Assembly (NCBI GenBank): GCA_965655095.1
Contig: OZ296648.1
Coordinates: forward strand, 156,240,001-156,304,000
Direction of reading: 5' to 3'
DNA: 64,000 nt
Origin: Haplodiscus bocki
Taxonomy: Eukaryota
Positions 1 through 14,300 of the stretch are shown here, piece after piece; within the stretch, counting starts at the first letter, position 1, and the number at the start of each line of letters is the position of its first letter. Made by a program: the position numbers and the translations under genes. A model generated the notes under the pieces. That model was not told the origin of the DNA. It saw only the letters and a program-made list of their open reading frames with translations, and did no database searches.

Positions 1-3000
1 TTTCCCCATGAACAACACATAGAAACCATTCTTTTCGATCGGTGTCATTATGGCAAACCACAGGTTTTCCTGAAATTTCGCCATTCACGTCAAGCCGCGT
101 TCTTCTAAGTACCATCATTTTGTCAGATATTACTCCGGTTGCTTTTTTGGACAAAGTCACATCGTAACGCTAATTGTTTGATGAAAAACTAAAATTTCTT
201 ATAATGATATCTTGTAAAAAATTTTTGCACTTCTTTCTGTGACTTTTTTTTGCGGCAAAAGAGGAAGAATCCATCTTCTCCCGGCTCTCCATCAGTGCAC
301 AGATCTCCAATTGTGGTATTTTGATTCATCAGTTGGTTGATTTAGCATCGTACTACCGATGACATAAAGCAAAGTTCATGTTTGTTTCTTGTAGTTGGTG
401 AAAACTGTGCAAAAGTATTTTTCCCACAACGTCCAGACATTTCCGATATGGATTTCTTGTGGACTTTAATTGCACTAGCCAAACTTCTTTTCTCAAGTCA
501 TTGGGACAGTTCAATTGCTACTGCAATGCTTTTGGAACGTAACCTTGTGATGTGGTTTCTATATCACCACATGCGTGTCGAAGTTTTGTCGTTTAGAGCC
601 CGGAAAATGAAGTTTCCTTCAGTTTTTCCTTGGTCCAGCCTCGCCCCCGCTAGAAAACAACCTCGCCGCGGTTTTTTGGTAGTATATAAATACACACTTC
701 ACATTGGCATTGATTGTAGACAGACTTAACGCCCATTTTCAAACAGTATCTCAAGTTGGCACAATTGGGAACTGAACTAAGTGGGTAGTGTTCCTGGAAA
801 CTCCATGGAAATGACTTTTGAAGTAATTGCTTCGTTCTATGTGCGAAGCAGACTTGCAAAGGTTTTCCGACATCCGAAAAAATTCTCAGAACTCTTGATT
901 CCACTAAAAACTGACCTCCTACACAAAGTGAATTTTGTCTTTGGTGAACTTTTACAGAACTGCACAATGATGAAAAACGTTTAGTAGTCCCGAAGTTTAT
1001 CGCAAAAAGAACTTCATTTTGAAAATCACCTGATTCACCGCTCAAGTGTATACAGCAGATCAAACATAGAGTCCTTGAAATCAAAAAAAAAACACTACTG
1101 TTAACCAGCGGCTTTTTCCCCATTAACAACACGTAGAACCCAATTATTCCGATCGGTGATTTTATTTTCCAAAACTTTCGCAAATTAGGTCAAGCCACGG
1201 CTTTCTAAGTATCATCACTTTGTCAGATGTTACATCCGGTAGTTTTTCAGGACAAAGTCACAATGTAAATCTAATTGTTCGATGAAAAAACTAAAACTTC
1301 CTAAATTGATGTCTTGAAAAAAAGTTGTTTCTGTCCTTGGACTTCTTTCAGCGAAGTTTTTACGGAAGAAGAGGGGGAATTCTTGTTCTCCCGTTTCTGC
1401 GTCAGTGCAAAGGCATTCAATTAGGGTAATTGGATACTTCAATTGGTTGAATTAGCATCTTACTACCTGTTAATTTTAACAAAGTCTATGTTCGGTTCGC
1501 GTATGGCGTGAAGGCTCTGCAAAAGTGTGTTTTCTTAATTGTCCAGACTTTTACAACTTGGATTTCTTGTGGACTTTAATTGCACTAGTTTAACTTGTTT
1601 TCGCAAGTCGTTGAGACACTTCATTTGCTATTGCAAAGTTTCTGGAGTGTGAAGTTGTGATGTGGTTTTTTTTCAGGAGATGCATGTCAAGGTTTTTCTG
1701 GTGAAAATTCGGAAAATGAAAATTTCCGTCAGATTTTTTTGGCCTAGACTCGCCACTGGTGGAAAAATCACATCGCCGCGCTTTCGCTAGTGAATAATTA
1801 CACATTCAAAACTTGCAAAGTTTGTAGATGGTTTTAACGCTCATTTGAAGACCTTATCTAGAATGAGCACAATGTGTAACTGAACTTAAACAGTAATGTT
1901 TCTGGAAACTGTATGAAATTGATCTTCGAAGTATTGGAATTGTTCTACGTGGGAAGCAGAGTTGCAAATTTTTTCCGACAGCAGGAAAAAATCTCAGAAG
2001 TCCTGATTCTTGTAAAAAAAATGAGCTCCTTCACAAAGTATCGCTGCTCATATAACTCAATCAAAGAATATGTTTGGAACTGAATAGAAAAAAAAGTTTT
2101 CAAATTCTAAAGTTTTCATTCGGCGGTTTTTGAAGGAATTTCAAAAGGCCGAAAAATTTTAGTTGTCCCGATGTTGGTCCCAATTTGAACATCTTTTTGA
2201 AAATTTGATTCACCGGTCAACAGTATGCAGCCGGTGAAACATAGAGTCCCAGAAATCAATGAAAGGGATACCGTTAACAAGCAGCTCTTTCCCGATGAAC
2301 TTCAAGTATTACCCATTTTTTCTGATTGGTGATTTCGTGGCAGACTACACGTTTTCTGGAAATTTTGCCACTTACGTCGAGCCACGGTTTTCCAAGTATC
2401 ATCTCTTTGTCAGATATTACTTCCGGTTGCTTTTGTGGACAAAGTCACTTCGTAATGCTAATACTCTGATGAGAAAACTAAAACTTCCTAAATCGATGTC
2501 TTGCAAAAATGTTTTTGCACTTCTTTCGGGAATTTTTTCTACGGAAAAAGAGATGGAATCCATTTTCTCCCGGCTCCCCATCAGTGCAACGACCTCCAAT
2601 TGTGGTAATTCGATTCGCCGACTTCTTGAATTACCATCGTACTACCGATAAATTAAAGCAAAGTCCATGTGTTCTTCACGTAATTGGCAAAAACTCTGCA
2701 AAAGTATGTTTTCCTCAAAGTCCAGACAATTCCAATATTGATTTCTTGTGGACTTTAATTGCACTGGCTGAAATTGTTTTCTCAAGTCTTTAGGACCCTT
2801 CAATTGCTAATGCAATGCTTTTGAAACGCAAATTTGTGATGTGGTTTCTGTATCAGCACATGCGTGTCGAAATTTTGTCGGTTAAAGCCTGGAAAGAGAA
2901 TGCTTGCTTCATATTTTCATTGGCCCCGCCTCGCCCCCGGTAGAAAATCACCTCGCCACGTTTTTGTTAGTACATAAATACAAATTTCACTTGTGCATTG

Positions 3001-5329
3001 ATTGTGGACAGATTTAACACCCATTTGCAAAAAATATCTCGGGCGAGAACAGTTGGTTACTGAAGTAAGTGAATGATTTTTCTAGAAAGTCCATGGAAAT
3101 GATCTTTGAAGTACTTGCTTCGTTCTCTGTACGAAGCAGACTCGTCAATTTTTTCCGGCAGCTGAAAAATTACTCAGAGCTCTTGACTCCACTAAAAATT
3201 GAACTCCTATACGAAGTGAATTTTGTCTTCGGTGAACTTCTAAAGATTTGTACAGTGATGAAAAACGTTCAGTGGTCCCGGAGTTTGTCCTAAATTCAAA
3301 CCTCAATATAAAAATCACCTGATTCACCGCTCAAGAATATACAGCAGATCAAAAATAGAGTCCCTGAAGTGAAAAAAACTATACCGTTAACCAGCGGTTT
3401 TCCCCATTAGCATCACATGGTACCCAAATTTTCCGACCAGTGATTTTATGGCAAACCACAGGTCTGCTAGAAATTCTGTCATTTACCTAAAGTCGCGGTT
3501 TTCCAAGTATCATCACCTTGTCAAGTACTACGTCCGGTTGAGTTTGGGGACAAAGTTACAATGTAATTCTAATTGTTCGATGAAGTGAATAAAACTTCCT
3601 GATTCGATGTTTTGCAAACAACTTTTGGACAATTTTAGGCGAATTTTTTACCAAATAAGAAACGGAATTCTTGTTCTCACGGTTCTGCATCAGTGCAAAG
3701 GCATCCGGATGGGGTAATTCGATTCTTCAATTGGTTAAATTAGCATCGTACTACCAGTAAATTATACCAAAGTCCATGTTTGTTTCGCGTAAGAAGTGAA
3801 CGTTCTGCAGCAGTGTGTTTTCTTCAACGCCAAGAATTTTACAATTTGGATTTTTTGTGGACTTTGATTGCACTAGCTCAAGTTAATTTCGCAAGTCATT
3901 GGGACACTTCAATTGCTATTGCAAAGCTTTTGGAACGTAAAGTTCTGGTGTGGTTTCTTTTTCGGCAGACGCATGTCGTAGTTTTGTCGGTTAAAACCTG
4001 AAAAGGGAAAGTTACCGTCAGGTTTTTATTGGCCTCGCCTCGCCACTGGTCGAAATTTACCTCGTCACGTGTTAGTTGTTGAAGAATTAATTTTTTAATT
4101 TTTGCATAGTTTGTAGACGGTTTTAACGCCCATTTGCTGACACTATCTCAAGTGAGCGCAACTGGTATCAGAACTAAGTGAGTGATTCTTCTGAAAATTG
4201 TACGGAAGTGATCTATGAAGTACTTGCTTCGTTTTATGTACGAAGCAGACTTGTAATTTATTTCCGACAGCCGAAACAATTCTCAGAAATCTCGATTCCA
4301 CTAAAAATTGAGCTCCCACACAAAGTTTTCCTTCTAAGCGCACATTACTACAGACAGAGAACTTGCTACAAAACAAGTAGAAAAAGTGTTTTTTGGGTCA
4401 AATTTTTGTCTTCATTGAATTTTTGAAGAACTGCACAGTGATGAAAAACGTTTCGTAGTCCCGAATTTTTTTGCAAACTGAACTTCTTATTGAAAATCAC
4501 CTGATTCAACTCTCAAGAGTATACAGCAGATCAAATATAGAGTCCCTGAAGTGAGAAAAAACTATACTGTTAACCAGTAGCTTTTTCCCCATTAACATCG
4601 CATGGTACCCATTTTTCCCGATCAGTGATTTTATGGCAAACCACAGGTTTGCTAGAAATTTTGCCATTTACCTCAAGCCGCGTTTTTCCAAGTATCATCA
4701 CCTTGTCAAGTACTACGTCCGGTTGAGTTTGGGTACAAAGTCACAACGTAATGCTAATTGTTTGATGAAGTAATTAAAACTTCCTGATTCGATATTTTGC
4801 AAACAAGTTTTGCACGTCTTTAGGCGAAGTTTTCACGAAATAAGTGGGAGATTTCTTGTTCTGCCGGTTCTGCATCAGTTCAAAAGCATCCAATTGGCGT
4901 AATGTGACTGTTCATTTAGTTGAAATGGCACCCTACTACCGGTAAATTTTAACAAAGTCCATGTTTGTTTTCTGTGAGAGGTGAATGATCTGCAAAAGTT
5001 TGTTTTCTTCAACGTCCAGACTTTTTCATGTTTTTATTGTTGTGGACTTTGATTGAACTGGCCGAATTTTTTTTCGCAAATCCTTGGGACAATTAATTGC
5101 AATTGCAAAGCCTTTGGAACGTAAAATTGTGACTTGGTTTCTAATTCAGCAGACGCATTTCGAAGCTTTGTCGGTTTAAACATGAAAAAAAAGGAATGTT
5201 TCCGTCAGTTTCTGTTTGGCCTCGCTTCGCCACTATTTGAAAATTACCTCATCATGTTTTCGTTGTTGAAGAGAAAAACATATAAACTTTGCATGGTTTG
5301 TAGCCGGTTCTAACGCCCATTTGCTGACA

Positions 5330-8300
5330 TTATCTCAAGTGAGCACAACTGGGATCAAATCTAAGTGAGTGATGCTTCTTCAAAGTGTACGGAAGTGATC
5401 TATTAAGTGCTTGCTTCGTTCTGTGTACGAAGCAGACTTGCAAACATTTTCCGACAGCCGAAACAATTCTCGGAAATCTTCATTCCACTAAAAACTGAGC
5501 TCCTACACAAAGTTTTCCTTCTTAATGCACATTACTCCAAACGGAGAGCTTGTTACGAGTTAAATGGAAAAATGTTTTTTTGGTAAAATTTTTGTCTAAG
5601 GTGAGCTTTTGAAGAATTGTACAATGATGAAAAAGGCTTATTGGTCCCGAAGTTTGTCGCAAATTGAACTTCGTTTTGAGAATCACCTGATTCACCGGTC
5701 ACGAGTACACAGCAGATCAAACATAGATTCCCAGAAAACAGAAAACCTACACTGATAACCGGCAGAATTTTTCCCTTTAACAACACGTAGAACCCAATTT
5801 TGTTGATTTGGTGTCTTTATGGCAAACCACAGGTTTTCTTGATAATTCGCCATTCACGTCAAGCCACGTTTTTCTAAGTATCGTCACTTTGTCAGATATT
5901 ACTTCCGGTTGCTTTTTGGACAAAGTCACATTGCAATGCTAATTGTTTGATGAAAAACATCAAAATTCCTATAATGATGTCTTTTAAATAAAAATTGCAC
6001 TTCTTTCAGCGAACTTTTTAACGGAAATTGAGGGCGAATTCTTGTTCTCTCGGTTATGCATCAGTGCAAAGGCATCCAATTGGCGTAATTCGATTGTTCA
6101 GTTAGTTGAATTAACATCGTATTGACGGTAAATTATAACAGAGTCCACGTTTGTTTCGCGCAAGAGTTGAATGTTCTGCAAAAGTATGTTTTCCTCAATG
6201 TCCAGGTTTTTACAACAATTATTTGTTGTGGACTTTGATTTCGCTAGCCGAAATTAATTTCGCAAATCATTGGAATACATCATTTGCAATCGCAAAGCAA
6301 TTGGAACGCAAAATTGTGGTGTGGTTTTTTTTGGCAGACGCTTGTTGAAGTTTTGTTGGTTAAAACCTGGAAAAGGAATCTTACCGTCAGATTTTTTTTG
6401 ACCTCGCTTCGCCACTGGTCGAAAAATACCTCTTCACGTCTTAGTTGGTGAAGAATTGAACTTTTTATTTTTGCATAGTTTGTAGACGGTTCTAACGCCC
6501 ATTTGCTGACATTATCTCAAGTGAGCACAACTGGGATCAAATCTAAGTGAGTGACGCTTCTGCAAAGTGTACGGAAGTGATCTATGAAGTGCTTGCTTCG
6601 TTCTGTGTACGAAGCAGACTTGCAAACATTTTCCGACAGCCGAAACAATTCTCGGAAATCTTCATTCCACTAAAAACTGAGCTCCTACACAAAGTTTTCC
6701 TTCTTAAAGCACATTACTCCAAACAGAGAGATTGTTACGATTTAAATGGAAAAAATGTTTTTTTGGTAAAATTTTTGTCTAAGGTGAGCTTTTGAACAAT
6801 TGTACAATGATGAAAAAGGCTTATTAGTCCCGAAGTTTGTCGCAAATTGAACTTCGTTTTGAGAATCACCTGATTCACCGGTCACGAGTACACAGCAGAT
6901 CAAACATAGATTCCCAGAAAACAGAAAACCTATACTGATAACCAGCAGATTTTTTCTCTTTAACAACACGTAGAACCCAATTTTGTCGATTGGTGTCTTT
7001 ATGGCAAACCACAGGTTTCTTTGAAATTTCGCCATTCACGACAAGCCACGTTTTTCTAAGTATATCACTTTGTCAGATATTACTTCCGGTTGCTTTTTGG
7101 ACAAAGTCACATTGCAATGCTAATTGTTTGATGAAAAACATCAAAATTCCTATAATGATGTCTTTTAAATAAAAATTGCACTTCTTTCAGCGAACTTTTT
7201 AACGGAAATTGAGGGCGAATTCTTGTTCTCTCGGTTATGCATCAGTGCAAAGGCATCCAATTGGCGTAATTCGATTGTTCAATTAGTTGAATTAACATCG
7301 TATTGACGGTAAATTATAACAGAGTCCACGTTTGTTTCGCGCAAGAGTTGAATGTTCTGCAAAAGTATGTTTTCCTCAATGTCCAGGTTTTTACAACAAT
7401 TATTTGTTGTGGACATTGATTTCGCTAGCCGAAATTAATTTCGCAAATCATTGGAATACATCATTTGCAATTGCAAAGCAATTGGAACGCAAAACTGTGG
7501 TGTGTTTTTTTTGGCAGACGCATGTTGAAGTTTTGTTGGTTAAAAACTGGAAAAGGAATCTTACCGTCAGATTTTTTTTGGCCTCGCTTCGCAACTGGTC
7601 GAAAAATACTTCTTCACGTCTTAGTTGGTGAAGAATCGAACTTTTTGGTTTTGCATAGTTTGTAGACAGTTCTAACGCCCATTTGCTGACATTATCTCAA
7701 GTGAGCACAACTGGGATCAAATCTAAGTGAGTGATGCTTCTGCAAATTGTACGGAAGTGATCTATGAAGTGCTTGCTTCGTTCTGTGTACGAAGCAGACT
7801 TGCAAACATTTTCCGACAGCCGAAACAATTCTCGGAAATTTTCATTCCACTAAAAACTGAGCTCCTACACAAAGTTTTCCTTCTTAACGCACATTACTCC
7901 AAACAGAGAGATTGTTACGATTTAAATGGAAAAAATGTTTTTTTGGTAAAATTTTTGTCTAAGGCGAGCTTTTGAACAATTGTACAATGATGAAAAAGGC
8001 TTATTAGTCCCGAAGTTTGTCGCAAATTGAACTTCGTTTTGAGAATCACCTGATTCACCGGTCACGAGTACACAGCAGATCAAACATAGATTCCCAGAAA
8101 ACAGAAAACCTACACTGATAACCGGCAGAATTTTTCCCTTTAATAACACGTAGAACCCAATTTTGTTGATTTGGTGTCTTTATGGCAAACCACAGGTTTT
8201 CTTGATAATTCGCCATTCACGTCAAGCCACGTTTTTCTAAGTATCGTCACTTTGTCAGATATTACTTCCGGTTGCTTTTTGGACAAAGTCACATTGCAAT

Positions 8301-11300
8301 GCTAATTGTTTGATGAAAAACATCAAAATTCCTATAATGATGTCTTTTAAATAAAAATTGCACTTCTTTCAGCGAACTTTTTAACGGAAATTGAGGGCGA
8401 ATTCTTGTTCTCTCGGTTATGCATCAGTGCAAAGGCATCCAATTGGCGTAATTCGATTGTTCAGTTAGTTGAATTAACATCGTATTGACGGTAAATTATA
8501 ACAGAGTCCACGTTTGTTTCGCGCAAGAGTTGAATGTTCTGCAAAAGTATGTTTTCCTCAATGTCCAGGTTTTTACAACAATTATTTGTTGTGGACTTTG
8601 ATTTCGCTAGCCGAAATTAATTTCGCAAATCATTGGAATACATCATTTGCAATCGCAAAGCAATTGGAACGCAAAATTGTGGTTTGGTTTTTTTTGGCAG
8701 ACGCTTGTTGGAGTTTTTTTGGTTAAAACCTGGAAAAGGAATCTTACCGTCAGATTTTTATTGGCCTCGCTTCGCAACTGGTCGAAAAATACCTCTTCAC
8801 GTCTTAGTTGGTGAAGAATCGAACTTTTTGGTTTTGCATAGTTTGTAGACAGTTCTAACGCCCATTTGCTGACATTATCTCAAGTGGGCACAAATGGGAT
8901 CAAATCTAAGTGAGTGATGCTTCTGCAAAGTGTACGGAAGTGATCTATGAAGTGCTTGCTTCGTTCTGTGTACGAAGCAGACTTGCAAACATTTTCCGAC
9001 AGCCGAAACAATTCTCGGAAATCTTCATTCCACTAAAAACTGAGCTCCTACACAAAGTTTTCCTTCTTAACGCACATTACTCCAAACAGAGAGCTTGTTA
9101 CGATTTAAATAGAAAAAATGTTTTTTTTTGGTAAAATTTTTGTCTAAGGTGAGCTTTTGAAGAATTGTACAATGATGAAAAAGGCTTATTAGTCCCGAAG
9201 TTTGTCGCAAATTGAACTTCGTTTTGAGAATCACTTGATTCTCCGGTCACGAGTACACAGCAGATCAAACATAGATTCCCAGAAAACAGAAAACTTATAC
9301 TGATAACCGGCAGAATTTTTCCCTCTAACAACACGTAGAACTCAATTTCGTTGATTTGGTGTCTTTATGGCAAACCACAGGTTTTCTTGAAATATCGCCA
9401 TTCACGTCAAGCCACGTTTTTCTAAGTATCATCAATTTGTCAGATATTACTTCCGGTTGCTTTTTGGACAAAGTCACATTGCAATGCTAATTGTTTGATG
9501 AAAAACATCAAAATTCATATAATGATGTCTTTTAAATAAAAATTGCACTTCTTTCAGCGAACTTTTTAACGGAAATTGAGGGCGAATTCTTGTTCTCTCG
9601 GTTATGCATCAGTGCAAAGGCATCCAATTGGCGTAATTCGATTGTTCAATTAGTTGAATTAACATCGTATTGAGGGTAAATTATAACAAAGTCCACGTTT
9701 GTTTCGCGCAATATTTGAATGTTCTGCAAAAGTATGTTTTCCTCAACGTCCAGATTTTCACAACATTTATTTGATGTGGACTTTGATTGCACTAGCCGAA
9801 ATTAATTTGGCAAGTCATTGGGACACTTCAATCGCAATTGCAAAGCTTTTGGAACGTGAAATTCTGACTTGGTTTCTACTTCAGCAGATGCATGTCGAAA
9901 TTTTGTCGGTTAAAACCTGAAAAGGGAAAGTTTCCGTCAGTTTCTTATTGCCCTAGCATCGCCAGTGGTTGAAAATTACCTCATCATGTTTTCGTTGTTG
10001 AAGAAATAAACATATAAGTTTTGCATGGTTTGTAGACGGTTTTAACGCCCGTTTGCTGATATTATCTCAAACGAGCACAACTGAGATCAAAACTAAATGA
10101 ATGATCCTGCTGAGAAATGTACGGAACTGATCTATGAAGTACTTTCTTCGTTCTATGTACGAACCAGACTTGCAATTATATTTCGACAGCCAAAAGAATT
10201 CTCGGAAACCTTCATTCTACTAAAAACTGAGCTCCTACACAAAGTTTTCCTTCTTAACGCACATTACTCCAAACAGTGAGCTTGTTACGATTTAAATGGA
10301 AAAAATGTTTTTTTGGTAAATTTTTCGTCTAAGATGAGCTTTTGAAGAATTGTACAATGATGAAAAAGGCTTAATAGTCCCGAAGTTTGTCGCAAATTGA
10401 ACTTCGTTTTGAGAATCACCTGATTCACCGGTCACGAGTACACAGCAGATCAAACATAGATTCCCAGAAAACAGAAAACCTATACTGATAACCGGCAGAA
10501 TTTTTCCCTCTAACAACACGTAGAACTCAATTTCGTTGATTTGGTGTCTTTATGGCAAACCACAGTTTTTCTTGATAATTCGCCATTCACGTCAAGCCAC
10601 GCTTTTCTAAGTATCATCAATTTGTCAGATATTACTTCCGGTTGCTTTTTGGACAAAGTCACATTGCAATGCTAATTGTTTGATGAAAAACATCAAAATT
10701 CCTATAATGATGTCTTTTAAACAAAAAATTGAATTTCTTTCAGCGAACTTTTTAACGGAAATTGAGGGCGAATTCTTGTTCTCTCGGTTATGCATCAGTG
10801 CAAAGGCATCCAATTGGCGTAATTCGATTGTTCAATTAGTTGAATTAACATCGTATTGACGGTAAATTATAACAAAGTCCACGTTTGTTTCGCGCAAGAG
10901 TTGAATGTTCTGCAAAAGTATGTTTTCCTCAACGTCCAGGTTTTTACAACAATTTTTTGTTGTGGACTTTGATTTCACTAGCCGAAATTAATTTCGCAAG
11001 TCATTGGAATACATCATTTGCAATTGCAAAGCATTTGGAACGCAAAATTGTGGTGTGGTTTTTTTGGCAGACGCATGTTGAAGTTTTGTTGGTTAAAACC
11101 TGGAAAAGGAATCTTACCGTCAGATTTTTTTTGGCCTCGCTTCGCAACTGGTCGAAAAATACCTCTTCACGTCTTAGTTGGTGAAGGATCGAACTTTTTG
11201 GTTTTGCATAGTTTGTAGACAGTTCTAACGCCCATTTGCTGACATTATCTCAAGTGAGCACAACTGGGATCAAATCTAAGTGAATGATGCTTCTGCAAAT

Positions 11301-14300
11301 TGTACGGAAGTGATCTATGAAGTGCTTGCTTCGTTCTGTGTACGAAGCAGACTTGCAAACATTTTCCGACAGCCGAAACAATTCTCGGAAATCTTCATTC
11401 CACTAAAAACTGAGCTCCTACACAAAGTTTTCCTTCTTAACGCACATTACTCCAAACAGAGAGCTTGTTACGATTTAAATAGAAAAAATGTTTTTCTTTG
11501 GTAAAATTTTTGTCTAAGGTGAGCTTTTGAAGAATTGTACAATGATGAAAAAGGCTTATTAGTCCCGAAGTTTGTCGCAAATTGAACTTCGTTTTGAGAA
11601 TCACCTGATTCTCCGGTCACGAGTACACAGCAGATCAAACATAGATTCCCAGAAAACAGAAAACCTATACTGATAACCGGCAGAATTTTTCCCTCTAACA
11701 ACACGTAGAACTCAATTTCGTTGTTTTGCTGTCTTTATGGCAAACCACAGGTTTTCTTGAAATTTCGCCATTCACGTCAAGCCACGTTTTTCTAAGTATC
11801 ATCAGTTTGTCAGTTATTACTTCCGGTTGCTTTTTGGACAAAGTCACATCGCAATGCTAATTGTTTGATGAAAAACATCAAAATTCATATAATGATGTCT
11901 TTTAAATAAAAATTGCACTTCTTTCAGCGAACTTTTTAACGGAAATTGAGGGCGAATTCTTGTTCTCTCGGTTATGCATCAGTGCAAAGGCATCCAATTG
12001 GCGTAATTCGATTGTTCAATTAGTTGAATTAACATCGTATTGACGGTAAAATACAACAAAGTCCACGTTTGTTTCGCGCAAGAGTTGAATGTTCTGCAAA
12101 AGTATGTTTTCCTCAACGTCCAGGTTTTTACAACAATTTTTTGTTGTGGACTTTGATTTCACTAGCCGAAATTAATTTCGCAAGTCATTGGAATACATCA
12201 TTTGCAATTGCAAAGCATTTGGAACGCAAAATTGTGGTGTGGTTTTTTTGGCAGACGCATGTTGAAGTTTTGTTGGTTAAAACCTGGAAAAGGAATCTTA
12301 CCGTCAGATTTTTTTTGGCCTCGCTTCGCAACTGGTCGAAAAATACCTCTTCACGTCTTAGTTGGTGAAGGATCGAACTTTTTGGTTTTGCATAGTTTGT
12401 AGACAGTTCTAACGCCCATTTGCTGACATTATCTCAAGTGAGCACAACTGGGATCAAATCTAAGTGAATGATGCTTCTGCAAAATGTACGGAAGTGATCT
12501 ATGAAGTGCTTGCTTCGTTCTGTGTACGAAGCAGACTTGCAAACATTTTCCGACAGCCGAAACAATTCTCGGAAATCTTCATTCCACTAAAAACTGAGCT
12601 CCTACACAAAGTTTTCCTTCTTAACGCACATTACTCCAAACAGAGAGCTTGTTACGATTTAAATAGAAAAAATGTTTTTTTTTTGGTAAAATTTTTGTCT
12701 AAGGTGAGCTTTTGAAGAATTGTACAATGATGAAAAAGGCTTATTAGTCCCGAAGTTTGTCGCAAATTGAACTTCGTTTTGAGAATCACCTGATTCTCCG
12801 GTCACGAGTACACAGCAGATCAAACATAGATTCCCAGAAAACAGAAAACCTATACTGATAACCGGCAGAATTTTTCCCTCTAACAACACGTAGAACTCAA
12901 TTTCGTTGTTTTGCTGTCTTTATGGCAAACCACAGGTTTTCTTGAAATTTCGCCATTCACGTCAAGCCACGTTTTTCTAAGTATCATCAGTTTGTCAGTT
13001 ATTACTTCCGGTTGCTTTTTGGACAAAGTCACATCGCAATGCTAATTGTTTGATGAAAAACATCAAAATTCATATAATGATGTCTTTTAAATAAAAATTG
13101 CACTTCTTTCAGCGAACTTTTTAACGGAAATTGAGGGCGAATTCTTGTTCTCTCGGTTATGCATCAGTGCAAAGGCATCCAATTGGCGTAATTCGATTGT
13201 TCAATTAGTTGAATTAACATCGTATTGACGGTAATTTATAACAAAGTCCACGTTTGTTTCGCGCAAGAGTTGAATGTTCTGCAAAAGTATGTTTTTCTCA
13301 ACGTCCAGGTTTTTACAACAATTATTTGTTGTGGACTTTGATTGCACTAGCCGATATTAATTTCGCAAGTCATTGGAATACATCATTTGCAATTGCAAAG
13401 CATTTGGAACGCAAAATTGTGGTGTGGTTTTTTTTGGCAGACGCATGTTGAAGTTTTGTTGGTTAAAACCTGGAAAAGGAATCTTACCGTCAGATTTTTT
13501 TTGGCCTCGCTTCGCCACTGGTCGAAAAATACCTCTTCACGTCTTAGTTGGTGAAGAATCGAACTTTTTGGTTTTGCATAGTTTGTAGACAGTTCTAACG
13601 CCCATTTGCTGACATTATCTCAAGTGAGCACAACTGGGATCAAATCTAAGTGAATGATGCTTCTGCAAATTGTACGGAAGTGATCTATGAAGTGCTTGCT
13701 TCGTTCTGTGTACGAAGCAGACTTGCAAACATTTTCCGACAGCCGAAACAATTCTCGGAAATCTTCATTCCACTAAAAACTGAGCTCCTACACAAAGTTT
13801 TCCTTCTTAACGTACATTACTCCAAACAGAGAGCTTGTTACGATTTAAATAGAAAAAATGTTTTTTTTGGTAAAATTTTTGTCTAAGGTGAGATTCTGAA
13901 GAATTGTACAATGATGAAAAAGGCTTATTAGTCCCGAAGTTTGTCGCAAATTGAACTTCGTTTTGAGAATCACCTGATTCTCCGGTCACGAGTACACAGC
14001 AGATCAAACATAGATTCCCAGAAAACAGAAAACCTATACTGATAACCGGCAGAATTTTTCCCTCTAACAACACGTAGAACTCAATTTCGTTGTTTTGGTG
14101 TCTTTATGGCAAACCACAGGTTTTCTTGAAATTTCGCCATTCACGTCAAGCCACGTTTTTCTAAGTATCATCAGTTTGTCAGATATTACTTCCGGTTGCT
14201 TTTTGGACAAAGTCACATCGCAATGCTAATTGTTTGATGAAAAACATCAAAATTCATATAATGATGTCTTTTAAATAAAAATTGCACTTCTTTCAGCGAA

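Noticed and set aside
6547-7727. Monomer as 7 x 169-bp nucleosome-sized subrepeats
   Set aside because: The arithmetic fits (7 x 169 = 1,183) but I could see no internal sequence periodicity.
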